The notes below the pieces were generated by a model. The model saw only the letters and a program-made list of their open reading frames with translations. It ran no database searches and was not told the DNA's origin. DNA of 63,353 nt, filler included, from Octopus bimaculoides (taxonomy: Eukaryota), in assembly GCF_001194135.2 (NCBI RefSeq). It is 4 parts of 3 records of this genome, joined end to end, with 100 filler letters (N's around TTAATTAATTAA, not from the genome) between each part and the next. Parts side by side here need not be neighbours in the genome. Positions count along the whole stretch, not along the records: positions 21,481 to 38,549 come from NC_068987.1; 3 more parts are not named here. One strand, written 5' to 3'. The first letter of the stretch is position 1. Every line of letters starts with the position of its first letter. This document shows positions 22,091-35,459 of the stretch, piece by piece. Made by a program: the position numbers and the translations under genes.

Positions 22091-25000
22091 AACTATAAAT
22101 CTGAAAATCATGTTTTTCGTTTTATACACCCTATCAGCTTCTGAAGCATTTTTACATACGCTAACCCTCTTGACTAGCAAGTCCCTACTTACATTTTTAG
22201 GAACAATTGCTAAATGTAAACGTGTGATTGGATCTGAAATCCAATACTACAAGCTTCTCTAATTTTAAAATTCCGATTTATTCCGTTTTTGACGAAGTCG
22301 CCACATAATAATATGGTGAAAGTGTAGCATATATATTATTCTGTTGTTCTACCACATATATTAAACAATAAAAGAAGTAAGAAGTTTGTTATACATTATA
22401 TGACATCTCACGATATTAGTACATGAATATGAATGATTGGATACTGAAATATACTAAATTAAAAACAAACGAAAATTTAGTGTAAAAATGATTAGATAAT
22501 TCAATATCATCGAATAAATGCCGTAAAAAAGTATTTTTGTATTGATTTCTTATTTGCCCAGTGTACTTGGTCATTTCTTTTTGGCCTTTACATACACATT
22601 TTAGTCCATAAAAACTCAAAATGTATTTTCTCATTGCATATCAATATCTATATATCATAATTTTAGTTTATGATATTATAGTGCATAGTAGTTAGGAGGG
22701 ATTTGTATAATGTATGTTTTTAGGTATTTTTATTGTGTATAATACATTCTGTGTACACATCTTTTTTTTTTTAAATAAATATATTTTATCTACTGTTCCG
22801 TGTAATTAACAACGCAAAATATAGAAATATAAACCATAATAATATTGATTAAAAATATGACATAAATATATCATACAAATATATTTGCAGCATTTTATAG
22901 ATTGCAATGTGTACATAGAATGTACAAAAGAAAGTCAAAAATAGAAGGGGACAAAAACATGCCCAAAAGTGTTTCAATACATTACACTAACCTCTGAAGG
23001 ACATCTGATTTATCTCATCTTTCACTCCAATTTATTTTCTCTTTCATTTTATTTACGAATTCCTTTTTAATATAAGTCTTCCACTCTCTTATTAACTAAG
23101 CTTACTAATACAGTAATATCTTATTAAGTTATAATATATTATAATAGTACTTTATGTACTTGATTATAGTAAACTAGTACTTCTTCTACCCTACATTTGT
23201 TTAAGAGCAGATGTACTGTCCTATGGTCTTGCGTATCGTAGCTGCGTATCTTTACAATATTTCCTACATTAAAGTTATTTATTTAACTCATCAGTTTTAT
23301 CTAGTTTATATTCGCAGAATATTGACGAAGTTGCATTTGTAATATCGGTATTCAATCGATTTATCAAATTTCTCCTCTATTTTAGTGTATACGATTTAAT
23401 GCGATATTCTCAAGCCCATTCCAATAATTTTTTGTGTCATACAAAATATTTCTTCATAGAGTCAACATGCTTGTTAAACAAATCCTTCAATTATTTCTTT
23501 TTGTACATGTAATAAAAGCATATTGCTTGTAGACATAGATTTTATTCATCTACATATTTTCCAAGCCTTTGATGTTGCGACTATATTCTCATATGACTTT
23601 CATAAACATATTTCATAATTGTTTTGATATAAGGCGTGGCGCCTCGTAATTGCGTGTTATAAAAGAAAAACAAAAAAAAACAAAAACAAAAAAGCGAGGT
23701 ATCTTTTTTTTTCGTTAATGGAACAGTTATTTTATTCCATAATATACATTGTGTACACCATTACTTCTACTGCGTATATATCTTTACAGCGTCGGAGACA
23801 ATATATGTCACATCACCGACGTTCACGAAATTAACCAAGTTGTGATTAATTCTCATACCGATTTCTAAGAAGACTCCAGAGAATTGATTTCCTGTGACAA
23901 GTTAAATTACTTATTTTCGGACATCTAGATAGCAACATTGTGATGAGAAATTTTAATCGAGTGAGACATCGATGAAGAGGACCTATATGAACTTAGTGAT
24001 CCCTTTTTAGAGATCAAATATTGATGAGTTTGAGCAACGCCAGTTTCCTTGGATTTTTTATTTTACTAACTAAAATATTTATTCTACATGTGAAATATAT
24101 CTATCCAATTTTTTCTTCATTTCATTATGAGTGTATTAACTGTAGTATGTGTAGTGTATTAAATATTTTTAGTTAAATTTCCCTCTTAGTCATTCAGCGT
24201 GCACTTCATGCACTACAGATGAACAATCCAGCATTTAATGTATGCATGAAAGGTATATACTAAACGAACTTAATTTTAAAACAATTGTAGTGCGCCAGTG
24301 ATTAAACTTTAGAAACTTCTGTTTATTTTATCACGATTCAATACATAAGAAAAGAAAGGAATTTATTTCACTGTTAAAATTGTTTAGCCAAAACATGAAA
24401 ATTGTAAATGCAACAATACGAACTTTTAGTGCAATAAAAATGCTGGAAATTTAAATGTTGCTGTGACAAATAATGTTTACAAACAGTCATATATTATACT
24501 GACAATTTAATTTGTATATTATATTTGTAATATGCTTATATAAACTTTTAACATTCTACCGTTAAAAGCGGCGTGCTTGCAGTATCGTAGGCACGTTACG
24601 AGGTAAAAATTTACCTATAACTATTTAGGAGTCGATAAAATAAGTACCAGTTGAGAATTGTATGCATAGTAAATTCAAGACCGCAAAGAGTCCAAAAGAA
24701 GTAATTATAGCGAAAAAAAAGTCATTAAAGTTGGGAGCATATTTACTGCATGCTTTTAGTATCTCCAATGAAAATGTTGCTACTCTACATCATGATGACG
24801 ATAGCTTCTGCACAAAAGTTTAGGAACAGATGGACGGATACATCAACACATTACCATTGCAGTGAATTCTGAAGTGCATTCAACAGAAATACAGCATAAA
24901 CAACGGCAGAAATACGACATAGAAGTAGTCCGGAAATTTGAAAAGCACGTCGGAATGCATATTTTTCGGGAAAAGCATACGATTTCCTAGAGGACGTAGG

Positions 25001-26346
25001 TATAACGAGTGGTGTACAGGTACTCTGAAGAATGGGACGTCATTTTAATAAGTTTCAAGAATTGTGGAGTCGAATGAGCGAATGACAGAAATTCAGTTTG
25101 TTCATAGTACACAACAAGGATATGTCCGGTGGCATTCAGGTGAAGAATTCCATTGGAAATTAAACAAATAAGATGAATTATTGACATTTGAATTTAGTAC
25201 TAATTGCCACCGACTTTTGAGTGATCATCTCTGGAAGACGAGATAATACATGAAACATTTCTATAGCATGTTATTCACGTACACTCATTCGATTTTTCGT
25301 TGAAATAAATACCACTGGTCACACCGATTTAATTTTTAAAGCATTTTTTTTCGTTTTCATATGCGTGTGCACGCGTATGTGGGTGTGTATTCGTGTGTAG
25401 GCGTAAATATTTGTAAATAGACGTAAATGTATATATATATATATATATATNNNNNNNNNNNNNNNNNNNNNNNNNNNNNNNNNNNNNNNNNNNNNNNNNN
25501 NNNNNNNNNNNNNNNNNNNNNNNNNNNNNNNNNNNNNNNNNNNNNNNNNNNNNNNNNNNNNNNNNNNNNNNNNNNNNNNNNNNNNNNNNNNNNNNNNNNN
25601 NNNNNNNNNNNNNNNNNNNNNNNNNNNNNNNNNNNNNNNNNNNNNNNNNNNNNNNNNNNNNNNNNNNNNNNNNNNNNNNNNNNNNNNNNNNNNNNNNNNN
25701 NNNNNNNNNNNNNNNNNNNNNNNNNNNNNNNNNNNNNNNNNNNNNNNNNNNNNNNNNNNNNNNNNNNTATATATATATATATGTTCTATATTGCGAAAAA
25801 CATAAGATGATATAGAGATATAAGGACTATATACAGAAAAGTATGTGTAACATAATAGAAATTACAAACGCATACACCAATTACTACAGTACTGCGTTAT
25901 CCTAAGAATTATTCATTGTATATATTACCATAGAAAATTTTATTCTATGCGATACTAGTTTCTTTTCATGTCAATGTCTTTATATTCATGTTTTGACATG
26001 CAATTATGCATAAACATATTTGCAATACATTTTCTTACAAGAAAAGTCAATTATGTGCCTTTCAATCTCGATATGATTTTAGTGTAGTTTATCTTCATAG
26101 TATAAAACGTTATTCCGTTTTGAGTTCTATATGTTTCTAATTTCTCTCTTTTGTATCATATTGATATGTAATTTCTATCGCTCTTTATTTATCTACACAC
26201 AGACAAATCTAAACAATATTAATATAAATGCAACTCCTATACATACATAAATGCATAAATACATACATACTTATTTACATACATACATATATACTTATTT
26301 ACATACATACATATATACATGCACGCGTACACATTTTTACATGTTA

Positions 26347-26387
<41 letters not shown>

Positions 26388-26644
26388 TTATATATAATTA
26401 TAAACCCATAGATGTGGATAAGAATGTGGTGTATGTGCCCGAAGGAGAATGAGAAAGAAAGAAAAAGTGAAGTGAATATATTTATGACGTAACATTAAGA
26501 TATTAAATTTAAGTGATAATCGGAAGCATAGAATATGATACGTTGAGCATTTTTCCCGTATCTAACATTTTGTAGGCGTTACCGGTTAGAGTACATACTT
26601 TCTGTATATATTTCTCAATTTATACTATTCATATTATCTGTAAA

Positions 26645-26693
<49 letters not shown>

Positions 26694-27299
26694 NNNNNNN
26701 NNNNNNNNNNNNNNNNNNNNNNNNNNNNNNNNNNNNNNNNNNNNNNNNNNNNNNNNNNNNNNNNNNNNNNNNNNNNNNNNNNNNNNNNNNNNNNNNNNNN
26801 NNNNNNNNNNNNNNNNNNNNNNNNNNNNNNNNNNNNNNNNNNNNNNNNNNNNNNNNNNNNNNNNNNNNNNNNNNNNNNNNNNNNNNNNNNNNNNNNNNNN
26901 NNNNNNNNNNNNNNNNNNNNNNNNNNNNNNNNNNNNNNNNNNNNNNNNNNNNNNNNNNNNNNNNNNNNNNNNNNNNNNNNNNNNNNNNNNNNNNNNNNNN
27001 NNNNNNNNNNNNNNNNNNNNNNNNNNNNNNNNNNNNNNNNNNNNNNNAGTACATTAGCATACATACATACATATATCCATATGTGTGATAGACCTGTTCC
27101 TCTAGAAGTGCATTCTTTGGAAAGCAGCTGTAGGACACTGCTGAAAATTGTCGGTCGCTACCTTGGAGGTCCCATCAAATGAAGGAGAGAAAGAACAAAA
27201 TAAATTTCGAAAGAAGTAACTTTTATGGCAAAAGAAATTAAATTTCCCATATTTATCAATTCAAAATGTACAAGAAAAAGTAGAAAAGTGCTATATTAC

Positions 27300-28190
27300 C
27301 TACGATAAATGTGTAAAACGAGGAAAATACGTTTCCTTGAAAGGAATTTTTGCATTAAAAAAAAAAGACAAAAACACTGTGCAGTGACAATAAAAGTTTA
27401 TATAATCTTCAAAGTGAAAGCGAGAGATAAGTTGGGTATGCAACTGGAAAGACAGCCAGTTCCGAAACTATTCATCCCTCCAAAAGAAGAAAAGTGTCCT
27501 TAATGCCAACTTCAACTAGCGAAACTCCAGTTTCATCGTCAACGTCTGAAACGGAGACTCAAAGCGAATATCAAATGTCCGAAAAATCCGATGAAGTATC
27601 TACAAAACCAAGGAGAAAGTATTGCAAAATTAGAACTGCAACCAAATTAGTAATATCTTCCAAGCTATCAACCCAAAATGCAGCAAAAGTTTGTTCTCAA
27701 TTATCTCACGATGGAATCAATGTAGAGACACCTTCCGAATCTGATATTTACAGATCAACTATGAAAGAAGCTGTTAAACTGAAAAGAAAATGAAGAAATA
27801 GCTACATTTAGAATACTGATCATTGCATTTTGATGGTAAACCTATTGATGACCAAGAATACCAAGTGCTAGAGAAGTTAAGCTAAATGCACTCCAATTAG
27901 CAAACGGAAAAGCTGATACTCTTGCTTTAGATGAATAAAATTTATGGAACTGTGTAAACGTGATTGTCACTGATACAACGAGTGTGAACACTAGAAAAAA
28001 AAAACGGCATTGTCGACTGACAATGTTCAAAAGTGTTTGAAAGAACCGCAGTTTATTGGTTTCAGCATCATATACTTGATAGAGTTCTTCGTGTTGTAAT
28101 GGATAATGAACTTGGAGAAAATAGTCATGACCCAATATTGCGAGAAACGTCATCTCCCAATATTGAAATACAACAAAATATAATACGGGG
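27300..28190 (+). pseudogene. Decayed hAT-superfamily (hATm-like) transposase
   Basis: Motifs across frameshifts: SLHFDGKPIDDQEYQVL, LWNCVNVIVTDTTSVNT, QHHILDRVLRVVMDNELG. These fit the HxDGK / DTTxxNTG / CxHHxL pattern. Confidence 0.7.
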
Positions 28191-30123
28191 CCAATGCTTC
28201 ATCTGCAAAAAATGCAATGCGAAACATCCATTTATAAGTTGGCAATTAGTCGAGATTTACAATAGTTTAAAGTTGCACGGTTCTGTATATATATATTTAC
28301 ATGCATTTATATATACACAAGCATATACATATATATATATATATAAGTGTGTATATATATGTGTGTGTGTGTGTGTGTGCGTGTGTGTCAGAGTTTGTGT
28401 GTATATATATATATGTATATACATGCATATATACACAGAAACAGAAAGTCTGGTAAATTTTGAATTTGATAATATAAAAAGTATTCATATTTATACATAC
28501 TCACGGTGGTGCACCAGCATGACCGCAGCCACTTGGCTGAAACACATAAATAAATAAATTAAAAAAAAAATACATAATACATACTTACATATGTATATAT
28601 GTGTGTGTGTGTGCGTATTTGTATGTGTGCGTGTATGTGTATTTTATGTGTCAATGCATCTATGCACATACCAGTAGCATGTGAAAACAGATATTGACAT
28701 ATGTGTCATAGGTACATCTGTTTATTGACCAGAAAACCTATAGTGCAATATAGAACACATCGAAAGTTCAGGTTATTAGGACAATGAATTCATATAAGGA
28801 ATCAAAGAGACAGTTTCTGTGGTGCAGAAATAATTGTATTAGTTCTGGGACCAAGTGATAATATTCTAAAACAGCATTATTCTTTAGATTTTCCATTTTC
28901 CGAGGTCAAGTTATCATTTACAATTTCCTCAGTCCAACCAAGCATGCAAATATATCGTGTGCGGTACCGATAGACTATTGCGAAATTGTAGGCACAGTAA
29001 AATGAACAGCTGGACTGGAATGAATACCACAAAATTAGTCTATGGAAAGGAAAACTAATTAGGTGATTAAAGATGAATGAAATAATTGGGAAGAACATCC
29101 GGGGAAGTGTACGTTGTAGCTTAACAATGTTTTTGTTTTTAACTCATTTGAATTAATTCACATTCCAAAGTCATTTAGCCATAAAATACAATTTAATTTC
29201 ACATATAGGTGTGTACACAATCTCAATGTAATANNNNNNNNNNNNNNNNNNNNNNNNNNNNNNNNNNNNNNNNNNNNNNNNNNNNNNNNNNNNNNNNNNN
29301 NNNNNNNNNNNNNNNNNNNNNNNNNNNNNNNNNNNNNNNNNNNNNNNNNNNNNNNNNNNNNNNNNNNNNNNNNNNNNNNNNNNNNNNNNNNNNNNNNNNN
29401 NNNNNNNNNNNNNNNNNNNNNNNNNNNNNNNNNNNNNNNNNNNNNNNNNNNNNNNNNNNNNNNNNNNNNNNNNNNNNNNNNNNNNNNNNNNNNNNNNNNN
29501 NNNNNNNNNNNNNNNNNNNNNNNNNNNNNNNNNNNNNNNNNNNNNNNNNNNNNNNNNNNNNNNNNNNNNNNNNNNNNNNNNNNNNNNNNNNNNNNNNNNN
29601 NNNNNNNNNNNNNNNNNNNNNNNNNNNNNNNNNNNNNNNNNNNNNNNNNNNNNNNNNNNNNNNNNNNNNNNNNNNNNNNNNNNNNNNNNNNNNNNNNNNN
29701 NNNNNNNNNNNNNNNNNNNNNNNNNNNNNNNNNNNNNNNNNNNNNNNNNNNNNNNNNNNNNNNNNNNNNNNNNNNNNNNNNNNNNNNNNNNNNNNNNNNN
29801 NNNNNNNNNNNNNNNNNNNNNNNNNNNNNNNNNNNNNNNNNNNNNNNNNNNNNNNNNNNNNNNNNNNNNNNNNNNNNNNNNNNNNNNNNNNNNNNNNNNN
29901 NNNNNNNNNNNNNNNNNNNNNNNNNNNNNNNNNNNNNNNNNNNNNNNNNNNNNNNNNNNNNNNNNNNNNNNNNNNNNNNNNNNNNNNNNNNNNNNNNNNN
30001 NNNNNNNNNNNNNNNNNNNNNNNNNNNNNNNNNNNNNNNNNNNNNNNNNNNNNNNNNNNNNNNNNNNNNNNNNNNNNNNNNNNNNNNNNNNNNNNNNNNN
30101 NNNNNNNNNNNNNNNNNNNNNNN

Positions 30124-30157
<34 letters not shown>

Positions 30158-30961
30158 CTTATGCATAGCAATACCGACAGCCTGGTATTAGGACTCAATA
30201 TAGAAACGCTTCCGAATAAAGCGTTAATCGAAAGCAGTTTGTAACATTATATTAATTAAATTACTGAGGAACAGGAGATAATATAGTCAAATTCATTAAC
30301 TTTCAGCTGTTTCTACCATAACTTGCAGTGCACTTAGTACTGAGTATATGTGAATTACCTTATAATTTGAAAATCTAGTGAAAATTTATTCGGGAATGCC
30401 TTCACATAGTTAGGAAATATCGCACTCGTAACAATAAAATAATACATATGAATTGCTGGCGTATAGAATCTGAAGGAGAAAAGCTCTCTCACAAATAGGA
30501 ATTTTAGATAATTCTATAAATATATTTGTATATACAAAGTCGGACGAGAACCCTTATATAATTAATAATATATGCGCATACATAACACATAAGGCAGAAT
30601 ACTATGTTAATACTGATCATAATAACCCAGAAGTAAAAGGGCACCGCAGGCGGATAGAACTTGAGAGAATCCAAGATCTAGGATGATAGAGATTGTAAGA
30701 ACAAAACATACAACAATAAAACTGTCGACAAGAGTTTTGGTTTTAAGGAGGGTTAACAAGGCAACCAATGATTTCATGTGAAGAGATTTTTAAAATTACT
30801 CAAGTGATACCACATAGAAGTGCCGACATTCATATTCATTTGGGATGAGAATACCTGAGAATGAAGGTGATTTCAAAATGAATATACACGTAACGGGAGA
30901 TAACTTATAAAACACACATATAATCATACATACAGAAAGAACATAATAATACACATACACA

Positions 30962-31330
30962 CACCTGCAAGATACGTTTTGTTCATGTTTATGTGTGTAC
31001 ATATAGTTATATTTGGCATTTCACTGATTTTTTACTCCAAATTTCGTCCATGGAGTTAGAAGTTCATATACATTTATATTTCATGTGTAGTATGTGACGT
31101 CTTGAATATGTGCTGCATATACACACATATTAACAACATAAAAATACCCACACACAGACACATACACAAAATCATATTCATATAGGAAAAATATAAAAAT
31201 ACACACACCTGCAACATACATTTTGCTCATATTTGTGTATGCTCATATAATTATTTATGACACCTCACAGATTTTTTACTCCAAATTTAGCCCATGGAGT
31301 TAGAAGCTCCTTAGTTCATATAAATGTGCT
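30962..31330 (+). repeat. Diverged tandem duplication, 244-bp period
   Basis: CACCTGCAA at 30962/31206 and ATTTTTTACTCCAAATTT...CCATGGAGTTAGAAG at 31028/31272. Confidence 0.75.
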
Positions 31331-31979
31331 TTTCCTGTAACGATGTAATGTCGTGAATATGTCCTATGCTATACAAATCTGTATATTTTATTCGTGTATG
31401 TATCTTGAATGTACAATGGACATATAAATCATACTGTGCATATAATCGAAAAAAGCCTTGTCCGGGCTGGAGCTGTGGCAGGGATTGATGGTTCAAATTT
31501 CGAAGTGTGAATTATTTTTTGTACTTGCAAAGGGAAAAAAATCTCTCTATAATTTGATATGTTCGCTAATAACGTTATGTTATTTATTTTTTCCATGACA
31601 CGGAGGAGGTATTTGTTGCCCCATCCCTATATTAGCTGACCTTAGCTATGATGCTCCTCTATGTAAGTGTCCAGTCCATTTTGGATAAAAATAATGTGTG
31701 TATTTTGCTTTTGTCACCGGACGACGCCAAATGATGCCTATATATCTCTTTGAAGGCGTTCCTCTCTTTCCAACATAAATTTTCATTTTTTTGTTTAAGT
31801 CCATACTCTTAATAATGGGAAGAGTCACTTCATCGAATATATTATTGTGCAAAGCTACGTAGATGAATTTTAATTCACACAATATTTCTACTTTATCTAA
31901 TTAAGAAAAAGGCTGGATGCTATTTTCTGGCAGATGATTTTAAATGATTTTTCAATTTAAGTCGTTCTTGCTCATGCAG

Positions 31980-32093
31980 AGTTAGTATGTTTCTTGGTGA
32001 AGTGAAACTCGATTTGGTGACAACAGCTGCAGTTGAAATAATGGGTTCTATTGAATCGAATACAGTTTTCAAGAAAACGCAATTCCTAACTAG
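31980..32093 (+). CDS. Candidate 114-nt symmetric exon (VSMFLGEVKLDLVTTAAVEIMGSIESNTVFKKTQFLT)
   Basis: ttcttgctcatgcag acceptor and AG|gtgaga donor; length is a multiple of 3 and only one frame is open. Confidence 0.35.
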
Positions 32094-32834
32094 GTGAGAG
32101 TTAATTTTTTTTTTATTGATTATCCAGAACTAGCACATTAAAAAAAATAAATTAAAATTAGAACAGTAACGTTGCTGAAAACACCTTGATTGTAATTGAA
32201 TTCTATTGTAGAACAAACACTTTGAGGGATGCATTGAAATACTATATAACCAATGTAGAAGTACAAATTTATTGTGTCGATGTTTAATCTACGCATTCTA
32301 GAAGCAGAATATTGAATTGCTTTGAATTGATGCAACAAGAGCTGCTTTCGACAAGCTGAGCACCAAATGTTATAGAATACTATGAATGTTAGAGAATTGG
32401 CATCATTGCAATACACTACTAACGCCGAACATTTTCAGTCTAAAAATGTTCCATAAATAGGATACGCTTATCTCAGATGGTTTGCTCCAAGCATACAATT
32501 ACCATTGATTTTCAATAATTTACAGATATGTATTTCTAAATATTTAAGAAGGGCAAAGTTTGGTTAGTTCTTATCTATACACAGTAAAGTACACTATTTG
32601 ATCATATCGTGGTGATAATGACGTAATTGTCAATATGGAATATTGATATATTTCGCATAAGCAAAGCAATTATTTGTAAGATAATCACAAATAAACCTGA
32701 AAATCACACGTTAAGGTACCTCAGGATATTGTTTTAAAAAGGGATTAAACTATTTTCATATTATTTTGGTCGATAACTTATATCTATATATGTGTATGCA
32801 TATAAATATCTATACATACATAAATACATAACAA

Positions 32835-32901
<67 letters not shown>

Positions 32902-34609
32902 ATATATATATATATATNNNNNNNNNNNNNNNNNNNNNNNNNNNNNNNNNNNNNNNNNNNNNNNNNNNNNNNNNNNNNNNNNNNNNNNNNNNNNNNNNNN
33001 NNNNNNNNNNNNNNNNNNNNNNNNNNNNNNNNNNNNNNNNNNNNNNNNNNNNNNNNNNNNNNNNNNNNNNNNNNNNNNNNNNNNNNNNNNNNNNNNNNNN
33101 NNNNNNNNNNNNNNNNNNNNNNNNNNNNNNNNNNNNNNNNNNNNNNNNNNNNNNNNNNNNNNNNNNNNNNNNNNNNNNNNNNNNNNNNNNNNNNNNNNNN
33201 NNNNNNNNNNNNNNNNNNNNNNNNNNNNNNNNNNNNNNNNNNNNNNNNNNNNNNNNNNNNNNNNNNNNNNNNNNNNNNNNNNNNNNNNNNNNNNNNNNNN
33301 NNNNNNNNNNNNNNNNNNNNNNNNNNNNNNNNNNNNNNNNNNNNNNNNNNNNNNNNNNNNNNNNNNNNNNNNNNNNNNNNNNNNNNNNNNNNNNNNNNNN
33401 NNNNNNNNNNNNNNNNNNNNNNNNNNNNNNNNNNNNNNNNNNNNNNNNNNNNNNNNNNNNNNNNNNNNNNNNNNNNNNNNNNNNNNNNNNNNNNNNNNNN
33501 NNNNNNNNNNNNNNNNNNNNNNNNNNNNNNNNNNNNNNNNNNNNNNNNNNNNNNNNNNNNNNNNNNNNNNNNNNNNNNNNNNNNNNNNNNNNNNNNNNNN
33601 NNNNNNNNNNNNNNNACTAGGCATAAATAAGAAATGAATGCATACGGTAAAGAAGGGAATGTGGCTGTGTGCAAGCATGTCTTTTTCGTCTGTGTGTTTC
33701 TGTTTGTGCGCGCGTGTGTAAGTGTACGCGTGTATGAGTGTGTATGAGCGTGGATGTGTGTCTGTATATGGCCGTATGTGTATATGTGTGTGTCGACATT
33801 ATAAAACACCTAATGACTATATTTTATGAAAATTTTATATACTTGACGAATGACAGGAATTATAATTATGTATTAAATGTGTAGTTATATAATTGTGTAA
33901 ATAAATGCAAGCACCATCTATGTAGGATATATACCTACCCCTATATTTCCATTCGTTAATATATGTATGTATAGACGGAAGACTGTTAAATAGGTAAACA
34001 CACAGACACATCTAATTGACTGGCTCCCTCCCCATACACATACGTACACATGTATGTATGTATATTTGCATACACATACAAATATAGATATAGGCTATCG
34101 GCCAAAATAATATTTGTATGAGTATGCACCATTCATTTTTTACTTGCTTCAGTCATTAGACTGCAGCCATACTGACACACTTCATTGAAGAATTGTAGTC
34201 GAATGAATCGAATCCAGTACGTTTCTGTAAGCCTAGTACTTATTATATCGGCCACTTTTGTTGAACCCCTGATTTTCAAGGTCGTAAACACGCCGCCACT
34301 GGTTCTCAAATGGTGATGGGGTACAAATAGAGACACGAATACACATACAAACATAGATAAACATATATATATATAAAAGGGTTCTTTTCAGTTTTCGTCT
34401 ACCAAATCCACTCACAAGGATTTAGTAGGCATGAGGCTGTTGTAGAAGGCACTTGCCCAATGTGTCACGTATTGGGACTGAACCCGGCGCCATGTGGTGA
34501 CGAAGTAAACTTCTTACCACACAGCCACACCAACACCTACAGACACACTTACGCCTATGCCACTCTATATCTACCAATGTCTATTTTTGTCTCACTGTGT
34601 GCGTATCTG

Positions 34610-34645
<36 letters not shown>

Positions 34646-35386
34646 TACACACATACATATGAGTATGTCTATGTGAGTGTGTTTCTGTTTGTGTGTGAGC
34701 ATGTAATTTCGTGTATGCGAGTTTATACACTAACAAAATATGAGATATTTTAGATAACATCTTCGTTATAGTTTTCTCTCAGAGATGTAAGTTAGATCAC
34801 AGAAACTCATCGGAAACGTTCTTCCGTTATGGCGATTAAATTTCATTTTGTTTCCGCAAATAGACACACATAAATATAATTTAATTTCATATTCGTTTGA
34901 ATTTTTCACTGTATCCTGCTATTTTGTATGATGGTGATGTTCCGTTTCTGCTGATATATTTGTTGATGGAAGTTAACTGTAAAGATCATTTATACCGGTG
35001 TATTTTTAAATATTGATTCGGAAGTTGTTTCTGCAAAATATTCCTGTTGTATATTCAGCAAATGTATAGATATAACTTGCAAATGTACAATACTGAACAT
35101 ATTAGGAATCAAGGATTCATGTATGATTGTGTGCATATATCTAACTATGTATGTATGTATGTATGCATGTATGTATGTATGCATGTATGTATGTATGTAT
35201 CTATCTATCTAACTATCTTTCTATACCTAGATAGATTTACATATATTGATATACATACTTCTACATATGCATATATATATATATATATATATATANNNNN
35301 NNNNNNNNNNNNNNNNNNNNNNNNNNNNNNNNNNNNNNNNNNNNNNNNNNNNNNNNNNNNNNNNNNNNNNNNNNNNNNNNNNNNNN

Positions 35387-35459
<73 letters not shown>

